From Verrucomicrobiia bacterium (GTDB taxonomy: Bacteria > Verrucomicrobiota > Verrucomicrobiia > Limisphaerales > UBA11358), in NCBI GenBank assembly GCA_035945915.1, contig DASYZW010000541.1:1-25234 (forward strand): a DNA stretch of 25,234 nucleotides, read 5' to 3'. Both the position numbers and the translations under genes were made by a program. The notes beneath the pieces are model-generated. The model was not told the DNA's origin. It saw only the letters and a program-made list of their open reading frames with translations, and did no database searches. Positions 1 to 7,331 of this stretch are shown piece by piece. Position 1 is the first letter of the stretch. Each line of letters starts with the position of its first letter.

Positions 1-1330
1 AGGGAGGCAATTCGATGATCAGCGGCTTGCTTACACCGGGCAAAATGGTCCGGCGAAAGACCAACGCCGCGCAGAGAGCGACGACGATCCCGGACGCGTA
101 GGCCCCGGTGAAGACCAGCGCAGCCGTCCACGGTGAATTCGGAAAGACGAGCGCGGTGACCATCGCGTAGACGGGAATTCGAGCCGGACAGGTCATCAGG
201 GGGGTAATCAGGATAGTGAGAAGGCGATCGCGCGAATTTTCGATAATCCGGGCGGACATGATGGCCGGAATGGCGCAGGCATGCGCCGAGAGCATGGGGA
301 CGAAGGCCTTGCCGGGCAACCCGAAGCGCCGCATGATTTTATCCATCACAAATGCCGCGCGCGCCAGATAGCCGGTATCTTCGAGCAGGGACATGGTGAA
401 AAAGAGGATGCAAATCTGGGGCAGGAACACCAGGATACCGCCCACGCCGCCGATGACGCCGTTGACGAGCAGGCTTTGGAGGTCCCCGGCAGGCACGTTT
501 GCCACGACGACGCTGCCGATCGCCGTAAACAAATGGTCGATGAGGTCCATGGGGATCTTCGCGGCCCAAAAGATCAACGCGAATACTGAGAGCATGACCG
601 AGACGAAAACCGCGACGCCGGCAAATGGATGCGTAAAAATTCCGTCCAACTTGTCAGTCCAGACCAGACGTTTGGCGGCCCGGGAGTCCGTGACTTTGGT
701 GCAGATACTTTCGGTCCACTCGTAGCGGGCCTGGAAAGCGCAGCCGGAGCATCCGGCGCACGCGGGTTTGAAATGGCCGACGGCCTCGACCGGGGCGATG
801 CCGGCTAATTTCGTGATTTCCCGTTTCAATTCACAAATTCCGGCGCCGTCCCGCGCGGAAATGGGCACCACCGGGCAGCCTAATTCTTCCCGCAATTTTG
901 CGACATCAATCCGAATGCCGTCGCGACGGGCCATATCCATCATGTTTAACGCCACGACTACCGGGCGATCCAATTCGAGCACCTGGCTGACGAGGAATAA
1001 ATTGCGCTCAAGATTGGTCGCATCCACCACCACAAGGGCGGCGTCGGGCGCCGGACATCCATCGATTCGTCCGCACAAAGCGTCGCCGGCCAATTTCTCA
1101 TCGGGAGAACTGCTGTTGAGGCTGTAAAGCCCGGGCAAATCCAGCACCTGGACACGTTCGGTTCCGAGGCGGAGAGAGCCCATTTTGCGCTCGACGGTAG
1201 TGCCCGGAAAATTCGCGGTCTTCGCCCGCAACCCGGTCAAGACATTGAACAGGGTCGTTTTTCCGGCGTTGGGATTGCCCACGAGGGCCAGCACGAATGG
1301 CGATGACGGCGCGCGACTCGCGCCGTTCAT
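1..1330 (-). CDS. feoB: Ferrous iron transporter FeoB (5' ~443 codons; 3' end runs off the left edge)
   Basis: Absent from the ORF track because it has no stop in the window; translated by hand from ATG at 1330. It reads MNGASRAPSSPFVLALVGNPNAGKTTLFNVLTG..NFPGTTVE..DLPGLYSL..VVDATNLERNL..ALNMMD (GTPase G1-G4), then the membrane part LPQICILFF..LEDTGYLARAAFVMD..HACAIPAIM..LMTCPARIPVY..LIIELPP. Confidence 0.97.
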   Translation of the reverse strand, partial: MNGASRAPSSPFVLALVGNPNAGKTTLFNVLTGLRAKTANFPGTTVERKMGSLRLGTERVQVLDLPGLYSLNSSSPDEKLAGDALCGRIDGCPAPDAALVVVDATNLERNLFLVSQVLELDRPVVVALNMMDMARRDGIRIDVAKLREELGCPVVPISARDGAGICELKREITKLAGIAPVEAVGHFKPACAGCSGCAFQARYEWTESICTKVTDSRAAKRLVWTDKLDGIFTHPFAGVAVFVSVMLSVFALIFWAAKIPMDLIDHLFTAIGSVVVANVPAGDLQSLLVNGVIGGVGGILVFLPQICILFFTMSLLEDTGYLARAAFVMDKIMRRFGLPGKAFVPMLSAHACAIPAIMSARIIENSRDRLLTILITPLMTCPARIPVYAMVTALVFPNSPWTAALVFTGAYASGIVVALCAALVFRRTILPGVSKPLIIELPP

Positions 1331-1353
1331 ACTTGGAAATTCCAGGAGCCGAG

Positions 1354-1638
1354 TCACAGAGTTTCGCGCAGTTCGCAAGTATCCGGTTCGCAGATTTCCA
1401 CCTGGACGCGCGCGGCAAGGGCGCCGGCGAGGCCGAGGCGGGTTCCAAAGATTTTGACGATCAGCGGGTCGCCGGGATGGACCAGTTCGACGCGCCGGCC
1501 CGGGCAAATACCCAGGGTTTTCAAACGGCGGGTTTCTTCGTCGTCGTTCTCGATTCTCCGGACAATGCCGCACCGTTGCGGTGGCAGTTCGTTGAGCCGC
1601 AATAGCTGCCTGGAATCCGGTTTCGTGGTCGTCGTCAC
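1354..1638 (-). CDS. feoA: FeoA family SH3-like ferrous iron transport protein
   Basis: 94 aa, GTG start. RRLKTLGICPGRRVELVHPGDPLIVKIFGTRLGL is the FeoA pattern. It lies 23 bp upstream of feoB. Confidence 0.93.
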   Translation of the reverse strand: MTTTTKPDSRQLLRLNELPPQRCGIVRRIENDDEETRRLKTLGICPGRRVELVHPGDPLIVKIFGTRLGLAGALAARVQVEICEPDTCELRETL

Positions 1639-1682
1639 TGTGAGAATAATCTAACGACCCTGATAAAAACCGTCTGACGATT

Positions 1683-1711
1683 AATTGCTAAAGGCTAACC
1701 CTAAATTGCTA
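1683..1711. promoter_or_regulatory. Possible metal-regulator (DtxR/MntR-like) operator upstream of feoA
   Basis: AATTGCTA occurs at 1683 and 1704 (21-bp spacing), flanking AGGCTAACC. 1685-1703 matches 12/19 of the DtxR/IdeR consensus TTAGGTTAGGCTAACCTAA. Confidence 0.3.
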
Positions 1712-1870
1712 TTTCGAGGATAAAATCGGTCTGCAGCGGGTGAGGCAGGCAAAAAACGAGATTAGTCGGCCAAAAGATGGTGAGCCAAACAGCGCGTCAT
1801 TGGCGCATGGTAGAGCAGTATGAAACAACGGATGCAACGAGTACCGTGGTTTAACTAAAGACGCGACACC

Positions 1871-2473
1871 ATGAAAACCAAAAAGAACACTCTTTCAACC
1901 GCCGGCGCCCATCAATCCGAATGCGAAACCAAGCCAGTCGAAACGCGGTCGCACCTGGAAAAGATCCTGGTGCCCATCGATTTTTCATGCCGGTCCAAAA
2001 AAGCGCTGCAATACGCGATCCACTTTGCCAAGCAAGGCAAGGCGCTGCTATTTCTGTTGCACGTCCTGCCGGCGGCCGGCCTGGACGCGGGGGGCGAAGT
2101 CGAATTGCGCATGAAGCTGAAGGCCTGGGCGCATGAATTCGTGCCCGGGGAAATCCCGGTGCAAATCGAAGTAAGAAGCGGCGCCGAAGTGATTGAAATA
2201 TTGGACGAAGCGAAGAGATTGGCCGTGGACCTAATGGTCGTCGCCACCCATGGGCGGGTAGGACGCGCCCATGCGCTGGCGGGCAGCCTGGCGGAACGGC
2301 TGGTGCAGCAGGCGCCTTGTCCGGTCCTGGTGATTCATGAACACGAGCATGATTTCGTCGAAGCCGCCGAACCGGAAGCCGCCGAACCTCAAGCGGCCGC
2401 GAGGCAGGAAAAGGACTGGGGCCATGCGATCCAGAAAGAAATATCGCCCAAATTTGTTGCGGGAGATATTTGA
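1871..2473 (+). CDS. Universal stress protein (UspA family) with low-complexity C-terminal tail
   Basis: KILVPIDFS..ALQYA..LFLLHV..DLMVVATHGRVG..LAGSLAERLVQQAPCPVLVI is the USP ATP-binding signature. Confidence 0.92.
   Translation: MKTKKNTLSTAGAHQSECETKPVETRSHLEKILVPIDFSCRSKKALQYAIHFAKQGKALLFLLHVLPAAGLDAGGEVELRMKLKAWAHEFVPGEIPVQIEVRSGAEVIEILDEAKRLAVDLMVVATHGRVGRAHALAGSLAERLVQQAPCPVLVIHEHEHDFVEAAEPEAAEPQAAARQEKDWGHAIQKEISPKFVAGDI
2360..2389 (+). repeat. 15-nt tandem duplication encoding EAAEP twice in the USP tail
   Basis: GAAGCCGCCGAACCG followed by GAAGCCGCCGAACCT. Confidence 0.8.
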
Positions 2474-2482
2474 GGATTCAAT

Positions 2483-3508
2483 CTATTTTTCGCCGGAATT
2501 CAGAAACGCCCGCGCCATTTTTTCCAGCGCGGAAATCCATTGAGGATGTTCGTTGAGGCAGGGGATTTGGGTAAATTCCTTGCCGCCGGCTTCCATGAAG
2601 GTTTCCTTGCCGCGCAACCCGATCTCTTCAATCGTCTCGAGGCAGTCCGAGACAAATGCCGGGCACATCACCAACAACTTTTTAATACCGCGGGCGGGAA
2701 GCTCGGCAAGCACGTAATCGGTGTAGGGCTTCAGCCATGGGTCCTTGCCCAGGCGTGATTGAAATGAAACGGAATATTTACCGGCGGGAACGCCGGCCCG
2801 AGCGACAAAGGCCGCGACCGTTTTGAAACATTGCGCCCGATAACACGTCGCGTGGACGGGGCTGGCGCCTTCGCAGCAATTCCCATTTGCGAGGCAATGG
2901 CTGCCGGTTGGATCGGACTTCTTCAAGTGCCTTTCCGGGATTCCATGAAAACTGAAGAGCAAATGGTCATAACCGGCCCGCAGGTACGGTTCCGCGCTCG
3001 CCGAAAGGGCGTCAAGATAGTCCGGCCTATCAAAATAAGGCGGCTGAACCGACACCTTCATTTGCGGGGCGAGCCGGGCCGCGACCTCTTTAACCCGAAC
3101 AACGGCGGTTTCAAAGCTCGACATGGCGTAGTGCGGAAACAGCGGGACCAACAATAAATCGTCAACGCCGGCGTCTTTCAATTTACGAAGGGCAGTATCG
3201 ATGGAAGGATTTTGATAACGCATCGCCAATTCGACCGGAACGGGAAGAAGCGCCTTCAATTTAGCCTGGACATGTTTGCTCGTGACGACGAGCGGCGAGC
3301 CTTCGGGGGTCCAGATCTTTTCGTAGGCGTGAGCCGATTCCTTTGGCCGGGACGGCAGAATGGCGAAATGAACCACGCAAAAGCGAATGGGCCAGGGCGC
3401 GTCCAGAACGCGGCCGTCCATGAGAAACTCGCGCAGATATTTCCGGACGTCGCCGACGGCGGTTGAATCGGGCGAACCGAGGTTGACCAGCAAAATGGCT
3501 TTGCTCAT
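2483..3508 (-). CDS. hemH: Ferrochelatase with internal Cys-rich insertion
   Basis: AILLVNLGSPDS, AMRYQNPSI, PLFPHYAMSS, LLFSFHGIP, FQSRLGKDPWLKPYT, FVSDCLETIEEI. It has an ATGA overlap with the hemY stop. Confidence 0.97.
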   Translation of the reverse strand: MSKAILLVNLGSPDSTAVGDVRKYLREFLMDGRVLDAPWPIRFCVVHFAILPSRPKESAHAYEKIWTPEGSPLVVTSKHVQAKLKALLPVPVELAMRYQNPSIDTALRKLKDAGVDDLLLVPLFPHYAMSSFETAVVRVKEVAARLAPQMKVSVQPPYFDRPDYLDALSASAEPYLRAGYDHLLFSFHGIPERHLKKSDPTGSHCLANGNCCEGASPVHATCYRAQCFKTVAAFVARAGVPAGKYSVSFQSRLGKDPWLKPYTDYVLAELPARGIKKLLVMCPAFVSDCLETIEEIGLRGKETFMEAGGKEFTQIPCLNEHPQWISALEKMARAFLNSGEK

Positions 3509-4866
3509 TTTAAAAAGTTTTCGACGCGCCCGGCGGCGTTGCGGCCTGATACGATGGAGTCGGCCAGCGAAACCCCGTCCCGATAATGGCCGGCAAAGTA
3601 CAAGCCGCGCGCATTTGATTCGATTTGATCCAGCAGGTTCTTGAACTTTCCGTAGCCAAGATTGTATTGCGGGATGGCCCGGGGATAAAGCACCGTCTGC
3701 CGGAAGACGGGCGCGCCTTTCACACCCAGCAAAAGGCCGAGGTCATCGCAGGTCAATCGAACCAATTCATCGGGTTTGAGGCCGGCGAGCTCGGGATTCC
3801 GCTCGCCGCCGACATAACTGGTGAGCAACACATGGCCGGCAGGCACGCGATTTGGAAAAAGCGACGATGAAAAAATTGTGCCCAGGATTTTAAAACCTTC
3901 CACTTTAGGGATGAGCATTCCAAAGCCCTGGCATGGATGGGCGACGTCCTCGCGCCGGAAACCCAGGACGACGCTGGCAACCCGCGCGTAGTGGATTTGG
4001 GAGAAGATCGACACATCAACGGGCGCGGGCGCCGCGATTTCCAATTCCGCCAGCCGGTAGGAAGTCCCGCAATAAACCACCGCCGCAAATTCGGACTGAT
4101 CATTTCCGGCGGTTACCCGCCATCCATCCCCGGCGCGGACCAGGCTTTCGACCGGCGCATTCAATTTCAGCGCTATTCCCAGCCGTGCCGCCAGCGTATC
4201 CGGCAAAACTTGCAGGCCTTCGTCGAAAGAAAATCCGGGAGCGCGGTCCCGGGCGATTTCGCCGGTTTTCTTTCGATCACGCGCGCCGAGGAACTGGCCT
4301 TTGATGAGCGAGCCATACTTTGCCTCGACCTGGGCCAGACGCGGGAGCGCGTGCTGCAACGAAAGCCGCTCCGGATTTCCCGCGTAGATGCCCCCGACCA
4401 ATGCATCCACGAGCCGTTCCAAAAACTCGCGGTTGAGCCGCCGGGTCACGAACCCGGCGACGGTTTCTTCCTGACCGTCCCGCCTGGGGGGAACAAACGG
4501 CTCACGCAAGAGGGCGAGTTTGGACTTCAAGCTTAACAACGGTGAGATAAAAATCCCCGGGGGCGACGGGGGCATGGCCAGGGGCTTCCCGCCACGGACG
4601 ACGAACCGCGATTTTGCCTCCGGATTCGTGTAGAGCCTCCGTGATTCCAGATTCAATTCGCCGATGAGCCGGGGAATTTCCCGCGACGTTTCCAAAATCG
4701 TGTTTGGGCCTGATTCGGCGAGAAAGCCATCAGTTCGCGCGGATTGGATCACGCCGCCCGCGCGAGCGCCGGCTTCAAAGACGGTGACATTCACACCTTT
4801 GCGTTGCAGGGAAAATGCCGCAACCAACCCCGTAATGCCGGCGCCGATAATTGCGACGGATTTCAT
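3505..4866 (-). CDS. hemY: FAD-dependent protoporphyrinogen oxidase (HemY/HemG-type), 453 aa
   Basis: The true start is probably MKSVAIIGAGITGL (Rossmann GxGxxG) at 4866, not the 5247 start in the ORF track. Further motifs: FEAGARAGG, ESGPNT, GGIYAG, GFGMLIP, RAIPQY. Confidence 0.93.
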   Translation of the reverse strand: MKSVAIIGAGITGLVAAFSLQRKGVNVTVFEAGARAGGVIQSARTDGFLAESGPNTILETSREIPRLIGELNLESRRLYTNPEAKSRFVVRGGKPLAMPPSPPGIFISPLLSLKSKLALLREPFVPPRRDGQEETVAGFVTRRLNREFLERLVDALVGGIYAGNPERLSLQHALPRLAQVEAKYGSLIKGQFLGARDRKKTGEIARDRAPGFSFDEGLQVLPDTLAARLGIALKLNAPVESLVRAGDGWRVTAGNDQSEFAAVVYCGTSYRLAELEIAAPAPVDVSIFSQIHYARVASVVLGFRREDVAHPCQGFGMLIPKVEGFKILGTIFSSSLFPNRVPAGHVLLTSYVGGERNPELAGLKPDELVRLTCDDLGLLLGVKGAPVFRQTVLYPRAIPQYNLGYGKFKNLLDQIESNARGLYFAGHYRDGVSLADSIVSGRNAAGRVENFLK

Positions 4867-4876
4867 TTGAGCTGGT

Positions 4877-6253
4877 TCAAACTGTCCTTGAAAACCGCCG
4901 TTCGCCGGCCGGCACGAGGGTGTTGTCGAAGCACATCGCAATGTTCCTGATGAACAATCGACCGGTGTTGGTGACGGCGAGTCCGTCCGCCGTAAAGCGC
5001 ACGAGTCCATCGGCTTCAAACGGCGCGAGCGCGGCAAGTTCGCCGGCGAAGTGCTCCGGGAAGTTGACGCCGAGTTTGTTCGACATCGCCGAATAATCCA
5101 GGGAGAGATCGCACATGACCCGCATGATCGTTTCGCGGCGGATTTTGTCCTCATCGGCCAGGACGTAACCGCGGGCATACGGTCCTTCGCCGCGGTCCAG
5201 CGCCGCGTAATAGCCGGGCAATTCCTTTTCGTTTTGCCAGTAGGCATCGGGAATTTGCGAGATCGCGCTCATCCCGAACGCAAAAATATCGGCGTCGCCC
5301 CGGGTGCTGTAACCTTGAAAATTCCGCTGGAGGGTTTTGTTTTGCTGGGCCACGACCAATTCGTCGGCGGCCCGGGCGAAATGGTCCATGCCGATATAAA
5401 TGTAACGATTGTTTTCGGTGAGGCGCTCGATGACGTTTTTAAGCAACTGAAGTTTGACCTCGGGCTCGGGCAGAATTTTTTGTTCCAGGATTTTTTGGGC
5501 CGGCTTGATCCATGGCACGTGGGCATAACTGAAGACCGCGAGCCGATCCGGCTCCATTTCCAGGACGGTGTCCAGCGTATGACTGAAGGAGGCGACCGTC
5601 TGGTGAGGCAGGCCATAAATCAGGTCGAAATTGACCGAGCCAAACCCCAGTTCACGCGCCCAATCCAGAACCCGCTGCGTCATGTCACGCGGCTGGATGC
5701 GGTGGATGGCTTCCTGCACTTTGGGTTCAAAATCCTGCACCCCAAGAGAGGCGCGGTTGAAACCGATTTCCCGAAGCGCCAGGATGTGCTCCCGAGAAAG
5801 CCGGCGCGGATCAATTTCGACGCCGGCCTCGACATCAGCGGACAATTTAAAATGTCTGCGGATGATTTCACCCAGCCGGCGGATTTCGTCCGGGTGCAAA
5901 AAGGTAGGCGAACCGCCGCCCCAGTGGAGTTGGACGACTTCGCGCCGGGTGTCCACGAGCGCCGCCATGCGCGCGACTTCTGTTTCGAGATGATCGAGGT
6001 AGGCCCCGGCCTGTCCGTGGTTGGTGGTAATGACCGTGGTACAACCGCAAAACCAGCACAGGGTCTCGCAAAACGGAATGTGAAAATAGAGCGATAACCC
6101 CCGTCCGCTGCGGTTATTCGCCGAAATTTTTTCCACCAGATCCGGCCATTTGAGGTTGTCGGTAAATTTAGTCGCCGGCGGATAACTGGTGTATCGCGGC
6201 CCCGGCACATTGTATTTCTTTACCAGGTCAAGGTTGACGTTAAGTCCGGTCAT
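4877..6253 (-). CDS. hemN: Oxygen-independent coproporphyrinogen III oxidase (radical SAM)
   Basis: KYNVPGPRYTSYPPA, YFHIPFCETLCWFCGC (CxxxCxxC), LHWGGGSP, DLIYGLP, YIGMDHFA and LQRNFQGYS. These are true-HemN rather than HemW features. Confidence 0.96.
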   Translation of the reverse strand: MTGLNVNLDLVKKYNVPGPRYTSYPPATKFTDNLKWPDLVEKISANNRSGRGLSLYFHIPFCETLCWFCGCTTVITTNHGQAGAYLDHLETEVARMAALVDTRREVVQLHWGGGSPTFLHPDEIRRLGEIIRRHFKLSADVEAGVEIDPRRLSREHILALREIGFNRASLGVQDFEPKVQEAIHRIQPRDMTQRVLDWARELGFGSVNFDLIYGLPHQTVASFSHTLDTVLEMEPDRLAVFSYAHVPWIKPAQKILEQKILPEPEVKLQLLKNVIERLTENNRYIYIGMDHFARAADELVVAQQNKTLQRNFQGYSTRGDADIFAFGMSAISQIPDAYWQNEKELPGYYAALDRGEGPYARGYVLADEDKIRRETIMRVMCDLSLDYSAMSNKLGVNFPEHFAGELAALAPFEADGLVRFTADGLAVTNTGRLFIRNIAMCFDNTLVPAGERRFSRTV

Positions 6254-6267
6254 GAAAATTCGCGTTC

Positions 6268-6286
6268 GCTTAACAGGAAATTAAGC
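6268..6286. promoter_or_regulatory. Inverted repeat GCTTAA-N7-TTAAGC, candidate operator in the divergent hemN/cytochrome region
   Basis: Perfect 6-7-6 dyad 15-33 bp upstream of the hemN ATG. It contains T-N11-A (6271/6283). Confidence 0.35.
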
Positions 6287-6466
6287 CAAAGCATTGCCGG
6301 TGGCGAGACGCATTTTTCCCCGAACGGCTCCTCCGCGGCCCTGAGGCCTCACCAAAATATGCCTAGAAATCACCAAAAGGCGGTTGGCCGAGAGCGGCGG
6401 TTTTCGCGAAGTTTTCGGGTGGCGCCCGAATTGCGCCCAAATCAACAGGAAACGAAAGATTGAATT

Positions 6467-6796
6467 ATGAAAAAGATCATCGTACTTGCCGCTGTGTTTG
6501 GCTTAACGGCGGCCGTGAGCGCTTATGCTGACGACGCCAAAGACACCTGGATGAACGTGTGCGCCAAGTGCCACGGCGCCGACGGCAAAGGCCAGACGAA
6601 AATGGGGCAACGACTTGGCTGCCGCGATTACACGGACGCCAAAGTGCAAGACAGTTTAAAAGACGCGGACGCGTTCAAATCCCTCAAGGAAGGGCTGAAG
6701 AACGACGACGGCAAAACGTTGATGAAGCCGTACGACTCGTTGTCCGATGACCAGATCAAGGCGCTGGTCGCCTATCTTCGAACCTTTAAGAAGTGA
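6467..6796 (+). CDS. Periplasmic monoheme class I cytochrome c (copy 1)
   Basis: Sec signal MKKIIVLAAVFGLTAAVSAYA, CAKCHGADGKG, and a candidate distal Met in KTLMKP. Confidence 0.93.
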   Translation: MKKIIVLAAVFGLTAAVSAYADDAKDTWMNVCAKCHGADGKGQTKMGQRLGCRDYTDAKVQDSLKDADAFKSLKEGLKNDDGKTLMKPYDSLSDDQIKALVAYLRTFKK

Positions 6797-6932
6797 ACTG
6801 CGAGCATTTAAGGCAGCAACCAAAAAATGCGCAACATTGGCCAACTGGCGGTTAGTCGTTTACCGGGACATAACCGAAAATTTCACCAACGGACGCAATC
6901 GATGCGCCGGAACCTGAAAAGAATATAAGACC

Positions 6933-7262
6933 ATGAAAAAAATAATGATACTAACGGCCGTGATGGGCCTGGCCGCGGCGATCAGCGCCCGCGGTGATGA
7001 CGCCAAGGACCTGTGGACCGCCAACTGCGCGAAATGCCACGGGGCCGACGGCAAAGGCCAAACGAAAATAGGCCAACGGCTTGGCATACGGGATTTTACC
7101 GATGCGAAAGTCCAGGCTGACATCAAAGACGACGCCGCGTTCAAGGCGCTTCGCGAGGGATTCAAGAACGACGACGGCAAAACGCTGATGAAGCCATTCG
7201 ATGCCTTGTCGGATGACCAATTGAAATCGCTGGTCGCCTATATCCGTACCCTGAAGAAATAA
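6933..7262 (+). CDS. Periplasmic monoheme class I cytochrome c (copy 2)
   Basis: Signal peptide, CAKCHGADGKG, KTLMKP. 80/109 residues are identical to copy 1 in an ungapped hand alignment. Confidence 0.93.
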   Translation: MKKIMILTAVMGLAAAISARGDDAKDLWTANCAKCHGADGKGQTKIGQRLGIRDFTDAKVQADIKDDAAFKALREGFKNDDGKTLMKPFDALSDDQLKSLVAYIRTLKK

Positions 7263-7331
7263 CGTTGCCCGGGCAAACAGCGCCAGTGCAACCGGCATCT
7301 CGGGATGCCCGCGCAAAATCCACGTCCACGC

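Noticed and set aside
1802-1818. GGCGCATGGTAGAGCAG resembling a tRNA D-arm
   Set aside because: There is no T-loop (GTTCRA), anticodon arm or acceptor stem around it.
2483-4866. Coproporphyrin-dependent (HemY-HemH-HemQ) pathway
   Set aside because: There is no hemQ/chdC in the window, and a true-type hemN precedes the genes, which fits the protoporphyrin-dependent route. A genome-wide check is needed.
4867-5247. N-terminal 127 aa of the 580-aa ORF-track call 3505..5247
   Set aside because: It overlaps hemN in another frame. The FAD-binding GxGxxG starts right after Met at 4866, so the extension is an artefact.
5051-6097. Long antisense ORFs (e.g. 5051..6097, 8034..8759, 8938..9801, 13261..14022, 15261..16262, 18271..19410)
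   Set aside because: They lie opposite well-supported genes, have no motifs, and are the expected stop-poor shadows of GC-rich codon usage.
7265-7276. 12-bp palindrome TTGCCCGGGCAA after cytochrome copy 2
   Set aside because: It has no loop and no U-tract, and such palindromes are plausible by chance in GC-rich DNA.
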